64,000 nucleotides of DNA from Myxococcota bacterium (GCA_046351155.1 JAXLYZ010000030.1:6534-70533); one strand, 5' to 3'. Positions 1-14,488 are shown, counted from the stretch's first letter. Notes: generated by a model from the sequence alone, not told the origin. Made by a program: numbers and translations.

Positions 1-1987
1 CGTCGCTGAAGGTGCCGCTCAGCGTGTAGGTCTCCTTGCAGCCGCCGGGCAGGACCAGCGTGGCCGAGAAGGTGTTGCCGCTGATGGTGCCGCTCAGCGT
101 GCCGGGCGCGCTCGGCGCGCCGTAGACGGTGATGCTGCTGCCGACGATGGTCATCGTCACCGTCCGGATGTCGTAGTCGACGAGGCCGATGGCGCAGGTG
201 TAGGCGAGGTCGGGCGACACGTCCCAGAGGCCGTCGTAGCCGACCACCGCCGGCTTGGTGCAGTCGTTGTGGCAGCCGTCGTCGTCGACGTCGTTGCCGT
301 CGTCGCACTGCTCGTTGCGGCCGGCGTCGACGTAGTGGTCGCCGCAGATGCTGACGCCGCAGGTGCCCGCGAGGCAGATGGAGCGCGGCTCGCCCGGGCA
401 CACCGTGCCGGCCGCGGCCGGGGCGCCCGACTGGCAGTCGAGCGTCGGCAGGCACGACTCCACACCGTTGCAGGCATCGCCGTCGTCGCACGACGCGTGG
501 TCGGGCGTGTGGGTGACCCGGCGACCGGCGTCGTCGCAGGCGTCGACGGTGCAGCCGATGCCGTCGTCGATGACCACCGGCGCGCCCGCCTTGCAGCCCG
601 CGATGGGGTCGCACGTCTCGACGCCGTTGCAGTAGAGATCGTCGTCGCACAGCGCCGCGCTCGGCGTGTGGGTCACGGCCTTCTGCACCTCGCTGCAGCT
701 GTCGAGGGTGCAGCCGACGCCGTCGTTCACGCGCGGCGGCTCGCCCTCCTGGCAGTCGTCGAGCGGGTGGCAGAACTCGGCGCCGTCGCAGAAGAGGCCG
801 TTGTCGCAGTAGCTGTCGTCGGGCGTGTGCTCGATGAAGTCGGCGCTCTCGTCGCAGCGATCGGTGGTGCAGGCGACGCCGTCGCTCGTGCCGGGCGGCG
901 TGCCGGGGCGGCAGCCGTCGACCGGATGGCACACCTCGACGCCATCGCAGAAGAGGCCGTCGCTGCAGCGCAGGTTGTTCGGCCGATGCACGACCATGGC
1001 CTGCTCCTCGCTGCACGCGTCGATGGTGCACGCCACCTGGTCGGCCACCGTCGGCAGCGCGCCCGGCACGCAGGCGCCGGTGCCGAGGTCGCAGGTCTCG
1101 ACGCCGTTGCAGAAGGAGGCGTCGTCGCAGTCGTCGTCGCGGGTGCACGGCGGGCGCGGCGTGCAGCCGAGCTCGGCGTCGCACAGCTCGGTCGCGAGGC
1201 ACAGGCCGTGGATGGGCACGTGCTGGCAGCCGCCACCCTCGACGCACTCGTCGCTGGTGCAGGCGATGCCGTCGTCGCACAAGGTCGGCGAGCCCGGCTG
1301 GCAGGTGTGGTCGCTGCAGGTCTCGGCTCCGTCGCAGCTCAGGCCGTCGTCGCAGTCCTCGTCGCGCACGCACTCGAGCGGCGTGAAGCAGCCGGCCTTG
1401 GGGTTGCACACCTGGCCCGGCTCGCAGCGCGTGCTGTCGACGACGAAGAGGCAGCGGTCGGCGTCCTCGTCGCACTGCTCGACGGTGCAGTCGATCTGGT
1501 CGGCACAGCGCGGCGTCGGGCTCGCGAAGCAGGCGCCGGCCGAGCAGCGCTCGCGGCCGTTGCAGAAGACGCCATCGTCGCAGTCGTCGTCGCTCGCGCA
1601 CTCGGCCGCGCCGACGTCGGGCACGCCGTCGACGCCGTCCGCCCCATCGATGTCGTCGACCGCGCTGTCGCCGGGCGCGCTGTCGACCGCCTCGCCGTCG
1701 GTCGCGCCGGGCGCGTCGTTCGCGGTCTCGGAGGCGGTGTCGCCGGAGGCGCCGTCGAGGCTCGTCGCGTCGCTCGGGTCCGGGCTGTCGAGGGCCTGCG
1801 TCGCGTCGGCGCGCGCGTCGCCGGACGCGTCGGCGAGCACGTCGCCGAGGCCGTCGGCCGTCGCCGCCGCGTCACCGCCACCGGGCGCGTCGCCGACGCC
1901 TCCGCTCTGGTCGTCGCCGCATGCGCCCGGAGCACCGCACGACAGCGCGAGCACGACCAGGGCGATGCGACGGCCGGAGCAGGTCAT
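1..1987 (-). CDS. Cysteine-rich repeat secreted lipoprotein (Myxococcus-type cysteine-rich repeat protein); 3' end lies outside the window
   Basis: Absent from the ORF track because no stop falls inside the window. Manual translation of the minus strand from ATG at 1987 gives MTCSGRRIALVVLALSCGAPGACGDD (lipobox LSC). The frame then stays open to base 1. It carries repeated DDG[IV]xC[TS]xDxC and CNG[VR]ExC units, and near 270-360 the signature CGDHYVDAGRNEQCDDGNDVDDDGCHNDC. Plus-strand ORFs here are Ala/Val/Arg-rich artefacts. Confidence 0.75.
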   Translation of the reverse strand, partial: MTCSGRRIALVVLALSCGAPGACGDDQSGGVGDAPGGGDAAATADGLGDVLADASGDARADATQALDSPDPSDATSLDGASGDTASETANDAPGATDGEAVDSAPGDSAVDDIDGADGVDGVPDVGAAECASDDDCDDGVFCNGRERCSAGACFASPTPRCADQIDCTVEQCDEDADRCLFVVDSTRCEPGQVCNPKAGCFTPLECVRDEDCDDGLSCDGAETCSDHTCQPGSPTLCDDGIACTSDECVEGGGCQHVPIHGLCLATELCDAELGCTPRPPCTRDDDCDDASFCNGVETCDLGTGACVPGALPTVADQVACTIDACSEEQAMVVHRPNNLRCSDGLFCDGVEVCHPVDGCRPGTPPGTSDGVACTTDRCDESADFIEHTPDDSYCDNGLFCDGAEFCHPLDDCQEGEPPRVNDGVGCTLDSCSEVQKAVTHTPSAALCDDDLYCNGVETCDPIAGCKAGAPVVIDDGIGCTVDACDDAGRRVTHTPDHASCDDGDACNGVESCLPTLDCQSGAPAAAGTVCPGEPRSICLAGTCGVSICGDHYVDAGRNEQCDDGNDVDDDGCHNDCTKPAVVGYDGLWDVSPDLAYTCAIGLVDYDIRTVTMTIVGSSITVYGAPSAPGTLSGTISGNTFSATLVLPGGCKETYTLSGTFSD

Positions 1988-2041
1988 GCTGGCATCCTGC
2001 CACGAGGCCCGGGTGCACGCGAGCCCGACCGCCGCACGACC

Positions 2042-7470
<5,429 letters not shown>

Positions 7471-7604
7471 GGCATTCCCCCATCGGCTGCGTGCGACGGC
7501 CGGCAATGTAGCAGGGGCGCCCTCAGGTTGCCATGCGAGGCTCGCGGCGCGGTCGCGGCGCACAGGTTGCGCTCGGAACTCGACGTGTCCATGATGGGCG
7601 CGGC

Positions 7605-9665
7605 ATGGGGGAGCGACCACCCGACCCGTTGTTGGCGTCCGAGCACGTCGACCCGGGAGCCACGATCCGTGCGTTCTGGCAGGCCGATCTGCCGCCCGAC
7701 GTGACGCCGTTCGCGGTCGATCAGGCGCCGATGGCGCGCATCCGAGACCTGCCGCCGATCGTGTTCCACGACCCCGCGGCATGGGCCACGCGCGAGGACG
7801 CGGGCCTGGTGATGGTGCGCTCGGCGCACTCGATCGGCGGCACGCCGCCGGTGCCGGTGCCGCCTCCGTTGCCTGGTGCGTCGGCCCAGGGCGCGCCGCC
7901 CGCGGCCGATGCGTCGGCGTCGTCGTCGGAGCTGGCCATCGACGGCGTGCTCGGCGAGGGGGGCAGCGGTCGGGTGTTGTTGGCGCGCGAGCGGTCGCTG
8001 GACCGCGAGGTGGCGGTGAAGGTGCCGCGGCGCAGCGAGAGCTTCCTCGGGCCGGCGCTCATCGCCGAGGCGCGGCTGGCGGGGCGCGTCGAGCACCCGA
8101 ACGTGGTGCCCATCCACGGCCTGCATCGCACGCAGGACGGTGCGCCGGTCATGGTGATGAAGCGCATCCGCGGGGTCGAGTGGGCGGAGCTGCTCGAGGA
8201 CCCGAGCCACCCGGTGTGGCAGCGCTTCCCCGAGCGGCCGAGCGACCCGACGCGGCTCGAGCAGAACCTGGAGATCCTGTTGGCGGTGAGCCAGGCGATC
8301 GTGGCGGCGCATCGCACCGGCATCATCCATCGCGATATCAAGCCTGCCAATGTATTGGTAGCCGGTCCGGACGAGGTCTACCTCACCGACTGGGGGCTGG
8401 CGCTCGAGCTGTCGCAGCGCCGGGCGCCGGGCCAGGTCACGGCGTTGGTCGGGACGCCCGCCTTCATGGCGCCCGAGATGGCGCTCGGCGAGCAGTCGCT
8501 GGTCGACGAGCGGACCGACGTCTATCAGCTCGGCGCCACGTTGTGCTTCGTGGTGTCGGGGCGGCACCGCAACCCGGGGGCGACGGCGCGCGAGATGGTC
8601 GACCGCCTGAAGTTCGCGACGACGTGTGAGCTGCCGGCCTCGACGCCGCCCGGCCTCGCGGCCATCTGCGCGCGCGCGACGGCGTACTCCAAGGCCGAGC
8701 GCTATCCGACGGCGCAGGCGTTCCTCGACGCGGTGCGCGCCTGGTTCCGTGTGCGCGACGCCGAGCGCGTGGCGTTCCGCGCCAACGAGCGGCTGACGCG
8801 GCTCGAGGCGATCCTCGCGCTGCGGCCGATGCCGGACGCCGAGCGCGACCGCGCCTTCCGGCTGGCCATCGAGTGTCAGACGAGCTTCGAGGACGCGCTG
8901 CAGCTGGCGCCCGACAACGGGCAGGTGCGCGCTGCGCACGCCCGCTTCCTCGAGCGCTGGGTGGGGCACCTGGTCGAGGCGGGCGAGCTGGCGACGGCGC
9001 GCGCGTTCATGTCCGACTGGCCGGGCATCTCGGAGCTGCTGCGGGCGCGCGTGCAGGAGCTCGAGCGGCGGAGCCGCGAGCGCGAGGAGAAGCAGGCGCG
9101 TCTCACGCGCCTCGAGCACGAGCTCGACCTCAACGAGGCCGCCAGCGCGCGGCGGAAGCTGCTGCGCCTGGCGACGCTGTACGGCCTCGGCGCGCTGGCG
9201 GTGGCGCTGGTCATCGTGCCGCGCCTGCTGGCCGACCCGGAGCACGAGACGCTCGCGCCGATCGCCTTCGCGCTGACGACCAACGCGGTCTTCTGGATCG
9301 CGGTGGCCATCGGCCGTCGCCACCTGCTGAAGAACGCCATGAGCCGGCGCATCATCGGCTTCCTCGGGCTCATGCTGGGGGCGGTGCTGGTGCATCGCGT
9401 CGTGGCGCTGGTGGTGCTCGACCTGTCGCTCACCACCACGACGGCGCTCGAGTGTCTGCTGCACGCCGCGCTCTCCGGTCTCGCCGCGCTGACGCTGTCG
9501 CGCGCGTTCTGGCCGGCGCCGGTCTTCGGTGTGGTGGGCTTCGTGGTCGCGGTGCTGGTTCCGCCGGCGGCCCCGCTGGCCTTCGGTGTGAGCCTGGTCG
9601 CCGCGTTCACCTACGCCGGCGTCGTCTGGGGCCGCGGCGTTCCGTCGACGCGGCCCCCGACCTGA
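7605..9665 (+). CDS. Ser/Thr protein kinase with a C-terminal coiled-coil and multi-pass membrane region
   Basis: Track ORF 7533..9665; ATG at 7605 is the likelier start. Hanks motifs present: GEGGSGRV, VAVK, HRDIKPANVLV, DWG (DFG position) and GTPAFMAPE. The C-terminal third has several hydrophobic helices (LATLYGLGALAVALVIV, AVFWIAVAIG, IIGFLGLMLGAVLV, etc.). Confidence 0.93.
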   Translation: MGERPPDPLLASEHVDPGATIRAFWQADLPPDVTPFAVDQAPMARIRDLPPIVFHDPAAWATREDAGLVMVRSAHSIGGTPPVPVPPPLPGASAQGAPPAADASASSSELAIDGVLGEGGSGRVLLARERSLDREVAVKVPRRSESFLGPALIAEARLAGRVEHPNVVPIHGLHRTQDGAPVMVMKRIRGVEWAELLEDPSHPVWQRFPERPSDPTRLEQNLEILLAVSQAIVAAHRTGIIHRDIKPANVLVAGPDEVYLTDWGLALELSQRRAPGQVTALVGTPAFMAPEMALGEQSLVDERTDVYQLGATLCFVVSGRHRNPGATAREMVDRLKFATTCELPASTPPGLAAICARATAYSKAERYPTAQAFLDAVRAWFRVRDAERVAFRANERLTRLEAILALRPMPDAERDRAFRLAIECQTSFEDALQLAPDNGQVRAAHARFLERWVGHLVEAGELATARAFMSDWPGISELLRARVQELERRSREREEKQARLTRLEHELDLNEAASARRKLLRLATLYGLGALAVALVIVPRLLADPEHETLAPIAFALTTNAVFWIAVAIGRRHLLKNAMSRRIIGFLGLMLGAVLVHRVVALVVLDLSLTTTTALECLLHAALSGLAALTLSRAFWPAPVFGVVGFVVAVLVPPAAPLAFGVSLVAAFTYAGVVWGRGVPSTRPPT

Positions 9666-9690
9666 CCGGTCTCCGTCGCCTCACCCCACA

Positions 9691-9830
9691 GGTGTCCGGA
9701 GGTGGGGTCAGGACTACTTCTTTTCTCATTTTCCCGCCGGGTCTCCGGAGGTGGGGTCAGGACTACTTCTTTTCTCATTTTCCCGCGCCCCGGAAAATGA
9801 GAAAAGAAGTAGTCCTGACCCCAGGTGGTG
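9691..9830. repeat. Three-copy low-GC repeat (two direct copies and one inverted) that can form a perfect 32-bp hairpin; REP/MITE-like or terminator
   Basis: Direct copies of TCCGGAGGTGGGGTCAGGACTACTTCTTTTCTCATTTTCCCG at 9695-9736 and 9744-9785 (49-bp period). The inverted core GGAAAATGAGAAAAGAAGTAGTCCTGACCCCA at 9792-9823 pairs perfectly with 9752-9783 across an 8-nt loop. The core is about 44% GC against a roughly 70% background. It begins 26 bp after the kinase stop codon. Confidence 0.9.
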
Positions 9831-9940
9831 AGCCGGAAATCATTCGGGATTGGTTCGCTCGCCCTCACCGGGAGCGGGCCGACCGGAGGGCGGCCGGCAA
9901 GCGTCGCCCCGGGCCGCGACCCGACTGATGTCACGCTCGA

Positions 9941-9967
9941 TGTCACAGGCGCACGGGCTACGTCGTC
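9941..9967 (+). promoter_or_regulatory. ECF41-type sigma-factor-dependent promoter (TGTCACA-N16-CGTC)
   Basis: TGTCACA at 9941-9947, an exact 16-nt spacer, then CGTC at 9964-9967. It lies 19 bp upstream of the ATG at 9986 of the gene that precedes the ECF41-like sigma factor. It matches the consensus described for group ECF41 target promoters. Confidence 0.7.
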
Positions 9968-9985
9968 CGACTTGCGGAGGTGCCC

Positions 9986-10540
9986 ATGCTCAAGCGACTC
10001 ATGCGCTGGCGGATCGACTCGTTCGCGCGACACTATGACTACGACATGACCTACGCTCATGACCTGCTCGACGCCGACCCCAAGGCGCTCATGACGCTCG
10101 CCCGCGTCATGCCGATGTCGCGCTACCGGCGCGACGTCCCGCCGGCGCCCTGGTTCGCCGCCAAGCTCGTCGGCACGCTCCACGAGGACTGCGGGCCTTG
10201 CACCCAGCTGGTCGTCAAGATGGCCGCCGAGGCCGGCGTCGACCCCAAGACGGTGGCCGCCGTCGTGAGCGGCGACCTCGCCGCCATGCCCGACGACGTG
10301 CGCCTCGCCGCCCGCTTCGCCAGCGCGTCGCTCGCGCACGACCCCACGGCGGACGCCCTGCGCGCCGAGGTCGTCGCCCGCTGGGGTCGGCGCGGCCTGG
10401 CCTCCATCGCGCTCGCGCTGGCCTCGGCGCGCGTCTACCCGACGCTCAAGTACGCGCTCGGCCACGGCCACGCGTGCACGCGCATCGACGTCGCCGGACG
10501 CCAGCTGGCCCCGCGCGCGCTCCAGCCGGTGACGCTGTGA
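9986..10540 (+). CDS. CxxC-containing protein, probably carboxymuconolactone-decarboxylase/AhpD-like (the COE partner of an ECF41 sigma factor)
   Basis: Track ORF 9980..10540. ATG at 9986 sits 5 nt after GCGGAGG. It contains HEDCGPCTQL (CxxC). Its stop overlaps the sigma-factor start as GTGA. The family call is inferred from context and the CxxC motif, not from a search. Confidence 0.75.
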   Translation: MLKRLMRWRIDSFARHYDYDMTYAHDLLDADPKALMTLARVMPMSRYRRDVPPAPWFAAKLVGTLHEDCGPCTQLVVKMAAEAGVDPKTVAAVVSGDLAAMPDDVRLAARFASASLAHDPTADALRAEVVARWGRRGLASIALALASARVYPTLKYALGHGHACTRIDVAGRQLAPRALQPVTL

Positions 10541-11442
10541 GCGACGCGCCCGACGAGACGGCCGCCGACGCGGCGCGCAGCTTCGAGCCCCACCGCGCCC
10601 ACGTGCTCGGCGTCGCCTACCGCATGCTCGGCTCGGTTGCCGAGGCCGAGGACGTGGTGCAGGACTGCTACCTGCGCTGGCTCGACGCCGACCGCGCCGA
10701 GGTGCGCGACGCGCGCGCGTTCCTCACCACGAGCGCGAGCCGCCTGGCGCTCGACCGCCTGGCCTCGGCCCGCGCGCGCCGCGAGGTGTACGTCGGGCCG
10801 TGGCTGCCCGAGCCGCTGGTGCTCGACCAGACCGCCACCCCCGAGGCCGCGGCCGAGCTCGCGCAAGACCTCTCGGTGGCGCTGCTCATGACGCTCGAGC
10901 GCCTGTCCCCGCTCGAGCGCGCCGCCTTCCTCTTGCACGACGTCTTCGATCAGGACTTCGCCGCCGTCGCCGCGACGCTCGGGCGCAGCGAGGACGCCTG
11001 CCGCCAGCTCGCCGCCCGCGCCCGCGCCCACGTCCGCGAGAGCCGCGTCGCGCCGCCACCCGAAGAGGCGTCGCGCGGCCAGCGGCTGGCCGACGCCTTC
11101 CGCGCCGCCTCGGTCGATGGCGACATCGCCGCTCTCGGCGCCTTCCTCGCGGAGGACGCCGTCCTCTACTCGGACGGCGGCGGCAAGCGCCGCGCGGCGC
11201 TCAACCCCATCTTCGGCCGCGACCGCATCCTGCGCTTCATCGCCGGCGTCATGCGCAAGCGCGCGGCCCCGACCCTCGACAGCATCCACGCCGTCACGAT
11301 CAACGGAGCCCCGGGCCTCATCGTGCGCGACGACAGCGGCGACCTCGAGACGGTCACGCTCGACATCGTCGGCGAGCGCATCGTCGCCATCTACCTCGTC
11401 CGGAACCCGGACAAGCTGCGCCACATCACCTGGCCGAGCTGA
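10537..11442 (+). CDS. ECF sigma factor, group ECF41 (SigJ-like), with a fused C-terminal SnoaL/NTF2-like regulatory domain
   Basis: GTG at 10537 overlaps the upstream TGA. Region 2: HRAHVLGVAYRMLGSVAEAEDVVQDCYLRW. Region 4: LSPLERAAFLLHDVFDQDFAAVAATLGRSEDACRQLAARAR. The C-terminal extension carries both ECF41 signatures, YSDGGGKR (DGGGK) and VRNPDKL (NPDKL). No anti-sigma gene is adjacent. Confidence 0.92.
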   Translation: MSDAPDETAADAARSFEPHRAHVLGVAYRMLGSVAEAEDVVQDCYLRWLDADRAEVRDARAFLTTSASRLALDRLASARARREVYVGPWLPEPLVLDQTATPEAAAELAQDLSVALLMTLERLSPLERAAFLLHDVFDQDFAAVAATLGRSEDACRQLAARARAHVRESRVAPPPEEASRGQRLADAFRAASVDGDIAALGAFLAEDAVLYSDGGGKRRAALNPIFGRDRILRFIAGVMRKRAAPTLDSIHAVTINGAPGLIVRDDSGDLETVTLDIVGERIVAIYLVRNPDKLRHITWPS

Positions 11443-11457
11443 CGCGCCCGACGCCGA

Positions 11458-12156
11458 TCACTGCACGACGGCGTCGAACGCGTAGCCGTCGAGGCACCAC
11501 GTCTCGCCGCCCTCGACCAGCGTCGAGTTGAAGTCGTCGTCGAGCGTGACCTCGGCCAGCACCACCTGGTCCAGCGTGCCGGTGAAGTGGCCGCCGCTCG
11601 CGCCGAAGGCGCTGATGTCGAGCGTGCCCGACTGCGCCAGGAAGGTCTTGGCGCAGCCGGCGAGGTCGGCGTCGCAGCCGATGTAGGCGATGACGCAGTT
11701 GGCGCAGGTCGCGAAGTTCTCGCCGGTCAGCTCGTAACGCCCGGCCGCCGCCGCGCCGCCGTCGTCGGCGAGCTGGAAGCTCAGCACGTCGACCGGTTCG
11801 CCGAGCGAGGTCTGGGCCAGGTAGTTGAAGGCCCCGAACGCGTGGCCGGCATCCTGGGCGACGGCCACGAAGCCGCTGCGATCGCAGCTGCCCACGGTGT
11901 CGGGCGCTACCGTGTCGGCGCCGTCGGTGGCGTCGGGGGTCGCATCGGCGACGAGCGTGTCGGCGACCAGCGTGTCGGCTACCGATGTATCGGAGGCGGC
12001 GCTGTCTGCCCCGACGCTCGTGTCGGCGACGCTGTCGCTGGCGACGGCCGTGTCGGAGGCGGCCTTGGAGCCGCTGTCGCCGCAGGCCGGCGCGGCCAGG
12101 AGGGCGAGGGCGAGGACGATCGTCCTGGGCATGACGGGCGTGACGGGCGTGCGCAT
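11458..12156 (-). CDS. Secreted lipoprotein, function unknown
   Basis: The signal peptide and lipobox read MPRTIVLALALLAAPACGDSG. An Asp/Thr/Ser/Ala-rich linker is followed by a Cys-containing globular part (CANCVIAYIGCDADLAGC). Alternative start at 12132. Confidence 0.8.
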   Translation of the reverse strand: MRTPVTPVMPRTIVLALALLAAPACGDSGSKAASDTAVASDSVADTSVGADSAASDTSVADTLVADTLVADATPDATDGADTVAPDTVGSCDRSGFVAVAQDAGHAFGAFNYLAQTSLGEPVDVLSFQLADDGGAAAAGRYELTGENFATCANCVIAYIGCDADLAGCAKTFLAQSGTLDISAFGASGGHFTGTLDQVVLAEVTLDDDFNSTLVEGGETWCLDGYAFDAVVQ

Positions 12157-12257
12157 GACCGGTTCTCGCTGGTGTGTTGCGGAGCGGGGGGGAGGCGAGG
12201 GCGCCGGCTATCCACAACCGAGGTTGTGGATAGCCGCGCGCGCCCTCAGCGGTGCGT

Positions 12258-13355
12258 TCAGTCCTTGCCGAACGACTCCATCGCCTTCTTCAGGCGCTCG
12301 CTCTTGTTGAGCTCGGGGTTCTCGGTCGAGAGCTTCATGCCGCGCTCGCCGAGGGCCTTGAACTTGTCCTGCATGCCGTTCATGGCGGCTTCCATGTCGG
12401 CCGGGCTGAGCTTGGCCTGGGCGTCCTTCAGCGCCTTGATCTCGTCCTTGTGCTCGGCCGCGTACTTCTCGATGGCCTCGGCGGCCGCGTCGGGGTTGGT
12501 CTTGTTGGCCTCGACGATGTCGATGAGGGCGCTCTGCATGGCGAGCATCTTGCCCATCAGGTCGGCGGCGCTGCCGGCGGCCGGGGGAACGGCGGCGGCG
12601 AGCTCGGCCAGGTCGAGGCGCAGCGCGACGTCGAAGGTCGGGCCGACGTTGACCTCGGCCGGGGCCTTGGTCATGCCGAAGTCGGCGCGGGCGACGGCCT
12701 TGGCCTCACCCTCGATCACGATGGAGCCGTCGGCCTTCTTCTCGACGACCTTGAAGGTCACCGGCACGTCCTTCTTGATGCCGTGCAGGTCGAGGGTCGC
12801 GGTCGCGTCGTAGGCGTCGGGGGTCGCCGCCTGCGGCTTCACGCCGGCGACGGTGATGGTCGCCGTGGTGAACTTCGTGACGTCGAGGAAATCCGGGCTC
12901 TTGACGTGCGCGTCGCGGTCCGGGATGCCCGACGAGAACGAGGTCAGGTCGACCTCGATGACGGCCTTGGCGGTCTCCGGCTTGGTGAGGTCGATGTGGG
13001 CCTCGGTGACCTTGAAGTTGGTGAACTCCGAGGTGACCGGCGGCTTGTCGTGGTCGTGGGCGACGGTGACCTTCAGGTAGGGCTTGGTCTCGGTGGCCTC
13101 GCCGGCGTCCTCGGCCGCGACCGGGGCGACGGCGTCGTCGGCCGCAGCGGGGGCTGCGTCGTCGGCCGCGGCGGGGGCGGCGTCGGCCTCGGGCGCGGGG
13201 GCGGCGGCGTCGGCCTCGGGGGCCTTGGTCTCGGGGGCCTTCGTCTCGGGCGCCTTGGTCTCGGTCGCCGGGGTCGGCGGGGGCGTCTTCTTGCCGCAGG
13301 CGGAGCTCACGACCGTGAGCGAGAGGGCGGCAACCAGCGATGCGATGAGCTTCAT
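12258..13355 (-). CDS. YceI-like domain lipoprotein with a C-terminal Lys/Glu-rich helical extension
   Basis: MKLIASLVAALSLTVVSSACG (lipobox). An ETKAP x3 linker follows. YceI-type core motifs: EVDLTSFSSGIPDRDAHVKSPDFLDV and LDLHGIKKDVPVTF. Confidence 0.88.
   Translation of the reverse strand: MKLIASLVAALSLTVVSSACGKKTPPPTPATETKAPETKAPETKAPEADAAAPAPEADAAPAAADDAAPAAADDAVAPVAAEDAGEATETKPYLKVTVAHDHDKPPVTSEFTNFKVTEAHIDLTKPETAKAVIEVDLTSFSSGIPDRDAHVKSPDFLDVTKFTTATITVAGVKPQAATPDAYDATATLDLHGIKKDVPVTFKVVEKKADGSIVIEGEAKAVARADFGMTKAPAEVNVGPTFDVALRLDLAELAAAVPPAAGSAADLMGKMLAMQSALIDIVEANKTNPDAAAEAIEKYAAEHKDEIKALKDAQAKLSPADMEAAMNGMQDKFKALGERGMKLSTENPELNKSERLKKAMESFGKD
13221..13265. repeat. 15-bp tandem repeat x3 encoding ETKAP units
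   Basis: GGCCTTGGTCTCGGG, GGCCTTCGTCTCGGG and CGCCTTGGTCTCGGT on the plus strand, inside the YceI-like lipoprotein gene. Confidence 0.85.
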
Positions 13356-13449
13356 GAATCCTCCAAAGAAACGGCCGTTCTGGTGACGCCCGGCCGAGGC
13401 GTTTTCTCTAGCTTGCCCGGAGCCGCATGGGCGGCCGCCGGGACGATGT

Positions 13450-14448
13450 TCAGGGCGACGCGGGCACGAGCACGAGGCGCACGGTGACGACCAGCCGATC
13501 GGCGTCGAAGTTCTTCGGGTCGAGCGCGGTCGTCGCGATCGACACGTCGAAGCTCGCGTTGGTCAGCACGGCCTCGGCGGCGCCGATGCCGAGCTCCTTC
13601 CGCTGCGCCTCGGCGAGCACCGAGGCGGTACCCTTCAGCGCGACGGGGATGCTGCGACCCATGAGCGCGAGGTCGCCCTTGGCCGTCAGCTCGCCGTCCT
13701 TGCCGAGCGCGATGTCGTGGACCGCGAGCGCGATGGTCGCGAACTTGTCGGCCTCGAGGTAGCCCTTGGCGTGGCTGTCGCGGAGGCCGACGCCGGTCTC
13801 GATCGACGCGGCCGGCACGGCGATCGACGCGGCGCGCGTGTCGAGGTCGACCGAGCCGGTGACCGGCCCGAAGCGCGCGTCGAAGGTCTCCTCGCCGGCG
13901 GCGATGCGCACCACGAGCAGGCTCGCCGCCGCGTTCGGCGCGACCACCAGCCGTCGCGCCTGGATGGGCGTCGCCGAGCGCGGGATGGGCGCCGGGCGGT
14001 CGGGTAGGACGATCTCGGCATCGGCCGGCGGCAGGCCCGAGAACCAGGCCCAGGCGGGCAGCACCGGCGCCAGGCAACCCAGCGCGGCGCCGGCCATGGC
14101 CAGCACGCGGGCGACGCGGCCGAGCTTGCCGGCGGCGAAGCGGCGCGCGGCGAACGCCATGGCGCCGGTGCCGACGAGCACGCCGACGATGGCACCGAGC
14201 CCCTCGAGCCCGAGCCACACCCAGCTGGCCGGGGTCTGCACCCAGCCGAGCGTCGCGTCGGCGACGTAGAAGCGCCGGGCGACGTCGGTGTAGATGGTCG
14301 ACTCGCCCTGCACCAGCCAGCGCGCGAGCCACAGCGCCGCGCCGAGCGCCGCGAGCGCGAGGCCCACCTTCACGAGGCGAGGAAGCGCTCGCGCGGCCGG
14401 GGGGGAGTCGGCGGGAATCGGCGCAACGATGGGAGGTGCTTGGGTCAT
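13450..14448 (-). CDS. Membrane-anchored YceI-like domain protein
   Basis: ATG at 14448 (MTQAPPIVAP...) within track ORF 13450..14967. Several N-terminal hydrophobic helices are followed by a YceI-like core (SVDLDTRAASIAVPAASIETGVGLRDSHAKGYLEADKFATI and GDLALMGRSIPVAL). Confidence 0.82.
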   Translation of the reverse strand: MTQAPPIVAPIPADSPPAARALPRLVKVGLALAALGAALWLARWLVQGESTIYTDVARRFYVADATLGWVQTPASWVWLGLEGLGAIVGVLVGTGAMAFAARRFAAGKLGRVARVLAMAGAALGCLAPVLPAWAWFSGLPPADAEIVLPDRPAPIPRSATPIQARRLVVAPNAAASLLVVRIAAGEETFDARFGPVTGSVDLDTRAASIAVPAASIETGVGLRDSHAKGYLEADKFATIALAVHDIALGKDGELTAKGDLALMGRSIPVALKGTASVLAEAQRKELGIGAAEAVLTNASFDVSIATTALDPKNFDADRLVVTVRLVLVPASP

Positions 14449-14488
14449 CCCGGCAGAACGCGACGCGCTATCGCAAACGTTCGCGTGC

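Noticed and set aside
9797-9928. 43-codon ORF (MRKEVVLTPGGEPEII...) starting inside the inverted repeat copy
   Set aside because: It has no Shine-Dalgarno. Its first 9 codons are simply the repeat sequence, and the remainder is Arg/Pro-rich. It is better explained as a non-coding repeat.
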